A stretch of DNA of 64,000 nt, taken from positions 1 to 64,000 of the forward strand of contig JBBDYJ010000017.1 in NCBI GenBank assembly GCA_040901675.1, read 5' to 3'. The notes under the pieces were generated by a model. The model had not been told where the DNA came from, ran no database searches, and saw only the letters and a list, made by a program, of their open reading frames with translations. This document shows, in pieces, positions 1 through 7,841 of this stretch. Position numbers and translations under genes: made by a program. The stretch is from Pirellulales bacterium (GTDB lineage Bacteria; Planctomycetota; Planctomycetia; Pirellulales; JAICIG01). Each line of letters begins with the position of its first letter. Position 1 is the stretch's first letter.

Positions 1-26
1 CAAACTACCCCTCAGTGGCCAAATGG

Positions 27-49
27 GGAAGTTATTTTTCGGCCGTTCC
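27..49. mobile_element. Terminal inverted repeat (right end) of an IS/MITE whose body lies upstream of the window
   Basis: GGAAGTTATTTTTCGGCCGTTCC is the exact reverse complement of the left end of the 99-bp MITE at 24959. Homology with the duplicate at 3150 begins immediately after it (TAA at 50-52). Confidence 0.75.
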
Positions 50-97
50 TAAGATTGACGGCCTCTGGGCGTACAAGCCCTACGCCGGGGAACATCA

Positions 98-146
98 AGC
101 GGCTTTCTTGGAGGCCTGGCATGGGCATCTTGGCGCTAACGGCTGA
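98..146 (+). pseudogene. C-terminal remnant of DUF4160-type toxin, overlapping the start of DUF2442
   Basis: Alternative frame reads ...EHQAAFLEAWHGHLGANG*, the typical DUF4160 C-terminus. The N-terminal part is absent. The same remnant precedes the second copy at ~3192-3247. Confidence 0.55.
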
Positions 147-423
147 CGAGCGGGTCACGGGCGTGAAGTTCACGAAAGACACCTTGAGCGTGTCTCTTCG
201 GGACGGGCGAACTATCACCGTTCCGCTCGCGTGGTATCCGCGGTTGCTCAACGCCTCCCTGGCGGAGCGGAAGAACTGGCGCGTCGCCGGCGGCGGCTAC
301 GGTATCCATTGGCCGGACATCGATGAAGACCTGAGCACGGAAGGATTGCTTCGCGGAGCACCGGCCCCGCGACCACAGGTCGAGGATGCCGACAACAACA
401 GGAGCCGCCGAACGAAACGCTGA
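121..423 (+). CDS. DUF2442 family protein (putative antitoxin), copy 1
   Basis: LSVSLRDGRTITVPLAWYPRLLNAS..ERKNW..GGGYGIHWPDIDEDLSTEGLLRG is the DUF2442 signature. ATG at 121 follows GGAGG. Confidence 0.85.
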   Translation: MGILALTADERVTGVKFTKDTLSVSLRDGRTITVPLAWYPRLLNASLAERKNWRVAGGGYGIHWPDIDEDLSTEGLLRGAPAPRPQVEDADNNRSRRTKR

Positions 424-447
424 CGGGGCCGCCATTCTTGGTTTCGC
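407..447 (+). other. Degenerate attC left arm
   Basis: GCCGAAC-GAAACGC-TGACGGGGCCGCCATTCTTGGTTTCGC matches the 3511 attC with a 6-bp deletion in L''. The right arm is missing. Confidence 0.55.
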
Positions 448-529
448 CAGCCCTCGAGCCGAGGCGGCTGTTCGTCGCGGCCATGTACCGGCTCTCCGAC
501 ATTCATTCAGCAGTTCGCGCGGTGATACC

Positions 530-979
530 ATGCAAGACAACGTGGTGGACTTGCTGACTTTGGTGGAACGAGAGGGAATGGTGCTCGAATCGGCCCGGCA
601 TCCGTCAATCCCGAATCTGGTGGAATATATCGTGGGCGAGCCGGTGCACGGAAGCTGGTGGGGACATCCCAAAGGGCACGAGATTTACGCCTTACTCAAT
701 GCCCTGCGTGGTGCGGACGCAGAAGTGGCCGTCTGCAAATTCATCGATGGAAAGATCACGTACATCCACCGTCGGCTCTGGGCATCCTGCGCCCGCTTGG
801 CCGCAATACTTGGTCCTGAGCGACTCGACCTTGTTCACTCCGTCCACACGGACAAGGGCCACCACAAATCGGAGCGGATTCCCTTGGCCGAATGGTTGCC
901 GACCGAGGTCGCGGCCGCGGCAGCCGAACTTGGTGAGGATGAGGCGCGCGCCTCACTGGCCCCATGGTTGGGAGGATAA
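530..979 (+). CDS. Hypothetical cassette-type protein (possibly AlkZ-related/winged-helix)
   Basis: ATG at 530. Motifs GSWWGHPKGHEIY and CKFIDGKITYIHRRLW. Followed by an attC-like arm at 1017. Confidence 0.65.
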   Translation: MQDNVVDLLTLVEREGMVLESARHPSIPNLVEYIVGEPVHGSWWGHPKGHEIYALLNALRGADAEVAVCKFIDGKITYIHRRLWASCARLAAILGPERLDLVHSVHTDKGHHKSERIPLAEWLPTEVAAAAAELGEDEARASLAPWLGG

Positions 980-1016
980 AACACCAATCGTACAATGTCC
1001 TCGAACGCGCAACGCC

Positions 1017-1085
1017 ATCTACCCAGCAGTTGAAGTTGACCGGGCCCGCCATGCTGGTTTCCGGCGATTCAACGTCTTTGGAGGA
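1017..1085 (+). other. Truncated attC (left arm and loop)
   Basis: ATCTACC-CAGCA-GTTGAAGT-TGACCGGGCCCGCC-ATGCTGGTTTC... parallels the 3511 attC, then joins a copy of the namZ 3' end. Confidence 0.5.
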
Positions 1086-1141
1086 GACTGCCGCCGAGCG
1101 CGAAAGGCGTCGAGCTCCGCCTGGTAGAGCGCCTGGAGTTG
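1086..1141 (-). repeat. Diverged copy of the 3' end of the 3672-6002 gene
   Basis: Minus strand reads QLQALYQAELDAFRARRQS; the gene reads QLQTLYQAELEAFCSRRQS. Confidence 0.85.
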
Positions 1142-1218
1142 AACGAACAAGCAACGACTATGATTCAACTTGCGGCGAATCGCCGCGTGCGCGTCAGGCC
1201 GGAAATCTGCGCCCTACA
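1142..1218 (+). repeat. ~77-bp non-coding direct repeat (copy 2 at 2356-2432)
   Basis: AACGAACAAGCAACGACTATGATT(C/G)AACTTGCGGCGAAT(C/T)GCCGCGTGCGCG...CTACA occurs twice, each time just after a namZ-end copy and before a GTTA core. Confidence 0.9.
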
Positions 1219-1299
1219 ATTGTTACGCGGGCTTCGAGTACAAACCATTCATACGCGGTGGTACCGACGATGCGAAGCATCTCTGCTGGGAGCGGCAGC

Positions 1300-1323
1300 C
1301 GCTAACAATCGGCTGAAGTTGAT
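1300..1323 (+). other. attC left-arm remnant
   Basis: CGCTAAC-AATCG-GCTGAAGT-TGA gives an R''/spacer/L'' arrangement, then fuses to a namZ-end copy. Confidence 0.5.
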
Positions 1324-1375
1324 CCGCCGAGCACAAAACGCCTCGAGCGCAGCCTGGTACAGCGTCTGGAGCTGG
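1324..1375 (-). repeat. Diverged copy of the 3' end of the 3672-6002 gene
   Basis: Minus strand reads QLQTLYQAALEAFCARR. Confidence 0.8.
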
Positions 1376-1442
1376 AGCTAAACTCGGCGGGGAATTCGCC
1401 TGTAGAATGACGCCAGGTCCAACGATACACTCAAGGTATCCC

Positions 1443-2090
1443 ATGAAAAGCATTGCCGACCAGCTGCCCCCGGACATCGCCCGGCAAATCCACCCCGACT
1501 GGCGCAAGCACGAGGCGGAGTATTGGGCCGTGCGCGACCAACTGCTCAGCCAGTACCAAGGCCAGTGGATCGGCTTTGCCGATGGCGGCGTCATCGCGTT
1601 TGGCCCCAGCCCAGTGGAAGTGCTCCACGCTGCCCAGCAGTCGGGGCGACATCCTTTCGTCATCTGTGTGGGAAGGGAAGAAGAACCGTGCCGGATTCGT
1701 CGTTCCACCTACACCTATGACACGGGTTATCCCGGTGAAGCCTTGCCATTAATCAGCGTCGAGTTCCGGCAGGCCAGCACTTCGCCGGGAGTCGTCCTGG
1801 ATCGGGTCATTCCCGACACGGGGGCGGATGCCAGCGTCTTGCCTTGGACGGATTGTCAACTCCTTCAACTCGTTCCGAATCTGGGCGTGCCCGGCCTTAT
1901 CGCTGGTGTTGCAGGCGGTTCCTCTGCATCCATCGCGTTTCAGATCTGGGCTCGGCTTGACGGGCACGATTACCAGTGCCGACTGCAAGCGGACTTTGTC
2001 GGCAGCGAGCGCATCTTGGGCCGAGACGTTCTGAATCGTTTGGACATCCTGTTTCGGGGCCTTGTCGGTGAAGTCATCGTAAATCCCTGA
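1443..2090 (+). CDS. DUF5678-like domain fused to retropepsin-like aspartyl protease
   Basis: N-terminal LLSQYQGQWIGFADGGVIAFG (DUF5678-like). C-terminal PDTGADAS catalytic motif and ILGRDVLNRL. Confidence 0.8.
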   Translation: MKSIADQLPPDIARQIHPDWRKHEAEYWAVRDQLLSQYQGQWIGFADGGVIAFGPSPVEVLHAAQQSGRHPFVICVGREEEPCRIRRSTYTYDTGYPGEALPLISVEFRQASTSPGVVLDRVIPDTGADASVLPWTDCQLLQLVPNLGVPGLIAGVAGGSSASIAFQIWARLDGHDYQCRLQADFVGSERILGRDVLNRLDILFRGLVGEVIVNP

Positions 2091-2107
2091 CGGTGGCTGC
2101 CCTATCC

Positions 2108-2333
2108 GTTACGGCTCGCGCAACTTTCCCCACTCCCGGCCGAACTCGACCCGCTCCACACGCGTGGCGCTCGGGTCTACTCGGGGTACATCAGAAACGA
2201 CTGCCGCCGAGCGCGGAAGGCGTCGAGCTCCGCCTGGTACAGCGCCTGGAGTTGATCGACCGAGGCGCCTGCTTGCAGCGCCTCCAGCACCTGGCGGTTG
2301 CCGAGCAAACGGCCGTAACGGGACGAGTCCCAC
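2108..2333 (-). repeat. Longest diverged copy of the namZ 3' end plus downstream flank (cf. 3603-3829)
   Basis: Encodes WDSSRYGRLLGNRQVLEALQAGASVDQLQALYQAELDAFRARRQSFLMYPE*. The flank also aligns, up to GTTACGGC. Confidence 0.95.
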
Positions 2334-2449
2334 TCACTGCGAACAAGGCGTGACAAACGAACAAGCAACGACTATGATTGAACTTGCGGCGAATTGCCGC
2401 GTGCGCGCTAGGCGGAAAATCTGCGGCCTACAGGTGATAGGCAGAAACT

Positions 2450-2468
2450 ATCTAACACGTGGTTAGAC
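2450..2468 (+). other. Candidate attI-like simple site
   Basis: ATCTAAC-ACGTG-GTTAGAC: two inverted 7-bp boxes with a 5-bp spacer. The right box fits GTTRRRY and lies 18 bp before an ORF. Confidence 0.55.
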
Positions 2469-2486
2469 CTTCCTTCGAAGTGCACA

Positions 2487-2957
2487 ATGCCCGGAGTGAC
2501 GATGCTTCGAGTGCAGCGTCTTTCCCTGGTCGCCATGTGGCTACTGATCGGCGTCGTTGGACTCAGTGGCGCACTTGCGGCGGCATGGTGGCTCGACTCG
2601 AAGACACACTTCCGACAGTTGAATCCAGGACATCTGCCGCTACACTTTCGAGGCTATACCAACGATCAGGGGACCGGTCGGATGGCTCTATTTGAAATGG
2701 AGAACAAGAGTGACTGGAAGGTCGAACTGTGGCCAGCGGCGTATTTCATCGTGCGGGACGCGGATCAGCGGCAGAGACAAGAGGAAATCGACATCGCGCC
2801 CGCAGCCATCGATAAAGGTGCTGCGGCAACAATCTCCGTTAGGCCACCCGGCACAGGCGAGTGGCAGGTGGCGTTCCGGGTTGCAAAGCTTGGGACGCGA
2901 AAGGGCACGCTTGTGTTCAGCGAATGGATTGACGCGGCCGGCAGTGGGGAGGAGTAA
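2487..2957 (+). CDS. Hypothetical membrane-anchored/secreted protein in an integron-type cassette
   Basis: N-terminal hydrophobic helix. Bounded by GTTAGAC (2462) and its exact complement GTCTAAC (2978). Confidence 0.7.
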   Translation: MPGVTMLRVQRLSLVAMWLLIGVVGLSGALAAAWWLDSKTHFRQLNPGHLPLHFRGYTNDQGTGRMALFEMENKSDWKVELWPAAYFIVRDADQRQRQEEIDIAPAAIDKGAAATISVRPPGTGEWQVAFRVAKLGTRKGTLVFSEWIDAAGSGEE

Positions 2958-2977
2958 TAACCAAAACCCGGTCAATG

Positions 2978-3004
2978 GTCTAACGACGGCGTGCAGCGGC
3001 TTGC
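2978..3004 (+). other. attC left arm (right arm degenerate)
   Basis: GTCTAAC-GACGG-CGTGCAGCGG is a canonical RYYYAAC box downstream of the stop codon. Confidence 0.55.
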
Positions 3005-3221
3005 GGGGGGGCACCGTAATCTGGTTGAGGCGGCGCGAGATCAGCAGGAAAACAAGCAGTCGCTGGAATGGCTCGCCAGCACATGGTATCGTGGTTCAGC
3101 CAACGCATCACCGTCGGTGAATCCGACTGGGCGCGGGAGTTCGAGCGGACTAAGATTGACGGCCTCTGGGCGTACAAGCCCTACGCCGGGGAACATCAAG
3201 CAGCTTTCTTGGAGGCCTGGC

Positions 3222-3527
3222 ATGGGCATCTTGGCGCTAACGGCTGACGAGCGGGTCACGGGCGTGAAGTTCACGAAAGACACCTTGAGCGTGTCTCTTC
3301 GGGACGGGCGAACTATCACCGTTCCGCTCGCGTGGTATCCGCGGTTGCTCAACGCCTCCCTGGCGGAGCGGAAGAACTGGCGCGTCGCCGGCGGCGGCTA
3401 CGGTATCCATTGGCCGGACATCGATGAAGACCTGAGCACGGAAGGATTGCTTCGCGGAGCACCGGCCCCGCGACCCCGGCAGGTCGAGGATGCTGACAAC
3501 AACACGAGCCGCCGAACCAAACGCTGA
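3222..3527 (+). CDS. DUF2442 family protein (putative antitoxin), copy 2
   Basis: Near-identical to 121-423. Confidence 0.85.
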   Translation: MGILALTADERVTGVKFTKDTLSVSLRDGRTITVPLAWYPRLLNASLAERKNWRVAGGGYGIHWPDIDEDLSTEGLLRGAPAPRPRQVEDADNNTSRRTKR

Positions 3528-3610
3528 AGCTGACGGGGGCCGCCATTTTGGTTTCGCGCGAGAGCAAGGTCTTGCAGACGGCCCCAGCCACTTAGTTTTA
3601 TCGTTACGGC
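3511..3610 (+). other. attC recombination site (~100 bp)
   Basis: R'' GCCGAAC and L'' GCTGAAGC; stem TGACGGGGGCCG pairs with CGGCCCCAGCCA; L'-like CTTAGT; R' GTTACGG(C). The CDS stop lies within the left arm. Confidence 0.75.
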
Positions 3611-3671
3611 TCTCGTAACTTTCCTCGTTCCCACGCAAACTCCGCCCTCTCCACACGAATGCCCCTCCTGT

Positions 3672-6002
3672 CTACTCGGGGTACATCAGAAACGACTGCC
3701 GCCGAGAGCAAAAGGCCTCCAGCTCCGCCTGGTATAGCGTCTGGAGTTGATTGACCGAGGCGCCTGCTTGCAGCGCCTCCAGCACCTGGCGGTTGCCGAG
3801 CAAACGGCCGTAGCGGGACGAGTCCCACTGGTCCGGATAAAGCCGCCGCAACGTCACGGCCGCGTGCAGGCCGAGCGCCAAGGGGTCGAAAGCGGACCGG
3901 TCGGTGATGATCATTTCAATGCCGCCGCAGGCCTGGCCCTGGTGCGTGCTGGCCTGGGGCGTGAAGCGGATCGGAACGAATGTCACGCCGGGCAGGCCGG
4001 CTGAACGGAGCTGGCGGGTGAGGCGATGGCCGTCGAGCCAGGGGGCGCCGATCACCTCGAAGGGCGTGTCGGTGCCGCGCCCCACCGAGACGTTGGTCGT
4101 CTCTAAGAGGCCGATCCCCGGATAGAGCAAGGCCTGCGTCAGGCTCCGCATGTTGGGCGACGGATTGATCCACGGCAGGCCGGTGGCGTCGAAGAAGTCG
4201 GCCCGCCGCCAGCCCTCGAGCCGCACAACGTGCAAGTCGGCACCGATTTTCCGCTCGGCATTGAACAACTGCGCCAGCTCGCCGACGGTCATCCCATGCC
4301 GCACCGGCAGCCGATGGTAGCCCACGAACGACTCGCTCCCCGCGTCCAACAGCGGGCCCGCCACGTCGACGCCGTTGATCGGATTGGGCCGGTCGAGCAC
4401 CACGAATCGCAAACCATGCTCGGCGGCGGCCTCCATCGCGGCCCCCATGGTCGAAATGTAGGTGTAGAAGCGTGCGCCGATGTCCTGGATGTCGAACACC
4501 AGCGTGTCGATCCCCTGCAGACTCTCCGCCGTCGGTTTGCGCGTCTCGCCATACAGGCTGTAGATCGGCAACCGCGAGCGCGGCTCGCGGCTGTCGGCGA
4601 CCTGCGGCTGGTCGAGCTTGCCCTCGAAGCCGTGCTCGGGGCTGAAGAGGGCCACCAACTCAACGCCGGGCGCTTCGGCCAGCAGTTGCACGCTGCTCGT
4701 GCCCGAGCGGTCGACGCCGGTGTGGTTGGTGATCAGCCCCACGCGGCGCCCGCGGAGCAGCGCGAATTGATCGCGCTGGAGAACGTCGATGCCCGTCAGC
4801 ACCCCGGCGCGGGCCGCCGGCGGAGGCTGGATGGCGGCCGCGGCCAGTCCGCCTATCCGGCCGGCCAGAGGGTTGACGGCGCCTTTGCCGTCTGGGTGCA
4901 GCCGATTGCTGAGAAAGATCACGCACAACTCGAGCTCCGGATCGATCCAGAGCGAAGTGCCCGTGAATCCGCCGTGCCCGAAGGCCGAGGGAGAGAAGCC
5001 ATCGCCCCGGTTCGACGAGTAGCCGGTGCGGATGTCCCAGCCCAGGCCGCGTAGTCCGCCGGGCACCTGCTGCGGCGAGATCATCCGCTGCACGGTTTCC
5101 GGCTCCAGCACCCGCACGCCCGCATAGGTTCCCTGGTTCAGCAGCATCTGGGCGTAGACGGCCAGGTCGTCGGCCGTGGAAAACAGTCCGGGGTGGCCGG
5201 CCACGCCGCCCAACTGGAAGGCCCGCGGATCGTGTACTTCGCCCTGCATCCAGCGGCCGTCGCGCTGCTCGGTGGGGGCCGAGCGGCGCCGCAGCTCCTC
5301 GGCCGGCAGGAAGGTCGTTTCACGCATGCCCAGCGGCTCGAACACCTGCTGGCGCGTGAAGGCGTGCAGATCTTGCCCGGACACCTGCTCGATCACCTTG
5401 CCCAGCACGATGAATCCCACGTCGCTGTAGACGAAGCGGGTGCCTGGTGGCGCGATCGGCTCCAGCTCGTCGATCTGCTTGAACGCCGCATCGGCCCCAT
5501 CGTCGAAGTCGCTCAAGGGGTTGTCGGCTATGAGCCCACCCTGATGGGTCAGCAGTTGGCGGATGGTGATCTGCTCTTTGCCGTGGCGGCCAAAGTCGGC
5601 CAGGTATTGCGCCGCCGCATCGTCCAGGCCGAGCTGCGACCGCTCGGACAGCAGCATGACGCTCGTGGCCGTGGCGATCGGCTTGGTGAGCGAGGCCACG
5701 TCGAACACCGTGTCGGGAGTCATCTCGACCGGTTCCGGCACGAGCGCCCGCCGCCCGTATGCCTTGAGAAACACTTGCTTGCCGTAGCGGCTGACCAGCA
5801 CCACGCAGCCGGGCATTTTCCCCTCGGCCAGGGTCTCGGCCACCGCCTCGTCGATGAGCGCCAGGCGGCCCGGGTCCATGCCGACGTCTTCCGGCGCCGC
5901 CGGCGGCAGTCGCGGCGGTTCCGCCCAGGCGCGCGCGGAACTGGCGGACGTCGCGACAGCCGCGGCGAGAATGAGGCAGTATCTAGCGTGAGCTCGATTC
6001 AT
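3672..6002 (-). CDS. namZ: Secreted beta-lactamase-family serine hydrolase fused to DUF1343 exo-beta-N-acetylmuramidase (NamZ-like)
   Basis: Signal peptide; SLTK, YSD and HGGFTG motifs; then GLITNHTG, LFSPEHG, FDIQDIGARFYTY, VLDRPNP, RHGMTVGE and SVGRGT. Confidence 0.9.
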   Translation of the reverse strand: MNRAHARYCLILAAAVATSASSARAWAEPPRLPPAAPEDVGMDPGRLALIDEAVAETLAEGKMPGCVVLVSRYGKQVFLKAYGRRALVPEPVEMTPDTVFDVASLTKPIATATSVMLLSERSQLGLDDAAAQYLADFGRHGKEQITIRQLLTHQGGLIADNPLSDFDDGADAAFKQIDELEPIAPPGTRFVYSDVGFIVLGKVIEQVSGQDLHAFTRQQVFEPLGMRETTFLPAEELRRRSAPTEQRDGRWMQGEVHDPRAFQLGGVAGHPGLFSTADDLAVYAQMLLNQGTYAGVRVLEPETVQRMISPQQVPGGLRGLGWDIRTGYSSNRGDGFSPSAFGHGGFTGTSLWIDPELELCVIFLSNRLHPDGKGAVNPLAGRIGGLAAAAIQPPPAARAGVLTGIDVLQRDQFALLRGRRVGLITNHTGVDRSGTSSVQLLAEAPGVELVALFSPEHGFEGKLDQPQVADSREPRSRLPIYSLYGETRKPTAESLQGIDTLVFDIQDIGARFYTYISTMGAAMEAAAEHGLRFVVLDRPNPINGVDVAGPLLDAGSESFVGYHRLPVRHGMTVGELAQLFNAERKIGADLHVVRLEGWRRADFFDATGLPWINPSPNMRSLTQALLYPGIGLLETTNVSVGRGTDTPFEVIGAPWLDGHRLTRQLRSAGLPGVTFVPIRFTPQASTHQGQACGGIEMIITDRSAFDPLALGLHAAVTLRRLYPDQWDSSRYGRLLGNRQVLEALQAGASVNQLQTLYQAELEAFCSRRQSFLMYPE

Positions 6003-6020
6003 CGGTATCGTTCTACTTCG

Positions 6021-6124
6021 CCAGAACTCTGGCGAGTCCTGCTACCTCGAAATCAACCGTAGCCGGATTCGCCAGAATTCGGGCCGCTGGCTGCGGCCAC
6101 CAGAACTCTGGCGAGTCCTGCTAC
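6021..6124. repeat. GTAG-type REP cluster (REPIN-like)
   Basis: CCAGAACTCTGGCGAGTCCTGCTAC at 6021 and 6100, with an inverted GTAGCCGGATTCGCCAGAATTC at 6059. A partial copy GTAGCAGGACTCGCC lies at 9752. Confidence 0.8.
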
Positions 6125-7593
6125 TACTTTTCCATCTCATTGATCGATCCATCGGGCCAAAACCTTCCGGCCGCCAGGCCGACCAGCAATGTTCCCAGCG
6201 AACCCACGGCCGCATACCAAGGCCAGGCCAGGCTGGTGAACAGCGCGATGTACGTCATACCGGCCAGGCCGGCCGCTAGGGCTACCAGGGCGGCGCGGCC
6301 GCCGGCCCGCCGGCTCGCCAGGCCGAGGAAGAACAGTCCCAGGATAATCCCCATCGTGAAGGCCGCAATCAACATTACGTTATCGATCACGCTCTTGGCC
6401 AGGTACTGGCCCGCGATGCCGACGGTGATCTGCAGCAGGCCGAACAGCACGGTGAAGCCGCGGGTGACCCACAGCGTGTGGCCCGGCGCGGCGGGCCGCA
6501 CGAGTGGAATGTAGAAGTCGTTGACCGCGGCGGCTGCCGACGAGTTGAGCGAGCTGGAGAGCGTCGACATGGCGGCGGCGAAAACGGCCGACAGCGTCAG
6601 CCCCACGACTCCCAGCGGCAGCTCGTGGACGATGAACGTGGGAAAGACCTCGTCGGCGCGGCCGAAAGCCCGGTCCTGGTAAAAGCAGGCCAGCCCCACA
6701 CCCAGCAGCAGGAAGAGGGCAAACTGCCCCAGCACGACCCAGCCGCTGAGGCGCAAGGCCCGGGCCGCATCGCTTTGCCCCCGGGCCGACAGGTAGCGCT
6801 GCACCATGAGCTGGTCGGCCCCGTGTGATCCCAGCGAGAAGAAGGCCCCGCCAATCAGCCCCGCCCAGAACGTGTACGCCAGGCCCAGGTCGAAGCTGAA
6901 GTCGAACACCCGTAGCTTCTCGTGCACGGTGGCATACTCGACCAGGCCCGGCCAGTCGTAGCTCAAGCGGTGCAGGATCACGGCGCCGGCCGAGAGGGCC
7001 CCCAGCATGTAAATGAAGAACTGGGCCACGTCGGTCCAGACCACGGCCTTGATGCCGCCCGCAACCGTGTACAGTATGGTGGCAGTGCCCATGACGACCA
7101 CCGCCAGGGCGAGGTGCGAATCGAAAGCGGCGTCGGCGGGACTCTCGGAAAAGAGCAAAACCTTCAGCACGATGGCCGTCAGAAACAGCCTCAATCCGTC
7201 GGCCAGCGTTCGAGTGACCATGAACAGCAGCGAGGCGGCCCGGCGCGTGCCGCGTCCGAAGCGGCGGTCGAGCACTTCGTAGGCCGTAAAAAGCTGGCCG
7301 CGGAAGTACTGCGGCAGCAAGAGGGCGACTACGATGTACTTGCCGACCAGGTACCCGATGGCCAACTGCAGGAAGGTCATGTCCCCGGCATAGGCCAGGC
7401 CGGGGACACTGAGAAACGTCACGGTGCTGGTCTCCGTAGCCACGATCGAAACCAGCAGGGCCCACCAGGGAATGTTGCGGTTGCCGAGCAGATAGTCGGC
7501 CACGTTCCGCTGGCCGCGGCCCATCCACAACCCGAAGGCCACGACCGCCAGCAGCGAGGCGGCCACAATGGCAAGGTCGATTGGGTGGATCAT
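6124..7593 (-). CDS. Sodium:solute symporter (SSS family), probable amino-sugar importer
   Basis: DYLLGNRNIPWW, SIVATETSTVTFLSVPG, GGIKAVVWTD, GADQLMVQRYL and AAMSTLSSSLNS, with many TM helices. Confidence 0.92.
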   Translation of the reverse strand: MIHPIDLAIVAASLLAVVAFGLWMGRGQRNVADYLLGNRNIPWWALLVSIVATETSTVTFLSVPGLAYAGDMTFLQLAIGYLVGKYIVVALLLPQYFRGQLFTAYEVLDRRFGRGTRRAASLLFMVTRTLADGLRLFLTAIVLKVLLFSESPADAAFDSHLALAVVVMGTATILYTVAGGIKAVVWTDVAQFFIYMLGALSAGAVILHRLSYDWPGLVEYATVHEKLRVFDFSFDLGLAYTFWAGLIGGAFFSLGSHGADQLMVQRYLSARGQSDAARALRLSGWVVLGQFALFLLLGVGLACFYQDRAFGRADEVFPTFIVHELPLGVVGLTLSAVFAAAMSTLSSSLNSSAAAAVNDFYIPLVRPAAPGHTLWVTRGFTVLFGLLQITVGIAGQYLAKSVIDNVMLIAAFTMGIILGLFFLGLASRRAGGRAALVALAAGLAGMTYIALFTSLAWPWYAAVGSLGTLLVGLAAGRFWPDGSINEMEK

Positions 7594-7660
7594 GGCGGGC
7601 TCGTCAGCGAAGATGTTGAGGGAAGTTAAACACAAAGCCAAGCGGGATGCAAAGGGGGGA

Positions 7661-7782
7661 TGAAGGCAGAAGGCAGAAGGAGGAAGGAGGAAGGCAGAAG
7701 GAGGAATGACGAAAGCAAAGCGCTTCTCCACCTGTCTTGTTGTTTCCGCAGTCCCCTTCGTGTCCTTAGTGTTCTTTGTGGT
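7661..7782. repeat. Heptamer (GAAGGCA/GAAGGAG) and nonamer (CTTCGTGTC-like) tandem repeats
   Basis: Seen directly in the divergent intergenic region. Confidence 0.8.
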
Positions 7783-7841
7783 TCGTTTTTTATTTGGCGT
7801 TTCCTCCTTGTTGTTTTTCCAAGTGCTGGAGGCACCGCGAA

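Larger units (their letters stand above)
49..447 (+). repeat. ~400-bp near-identical direct repeat (copy 2 at 3150-3557) carrying DUF2442 and an attC left arm
   Basis: Direct comparison shows only a few substitutions and short indels. Confidence 0.95.

Noticed and set aside
2109..2333. 74-aa ORF pair (2109-2333 and 3604-3828) ending GKLREP
   Set aside because: This is an alternative frame of the duplicated namZ end, so the similarity is explained by the DNA duplication.
2177..3829. Diversity-generating retroelement (template/variable repeat pair)
   Set aside because: Differences between the copies include C/G swaps and changes at both A and T, so they are not adenine-specific on either strand. 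No reverse transcriptase is in the window.
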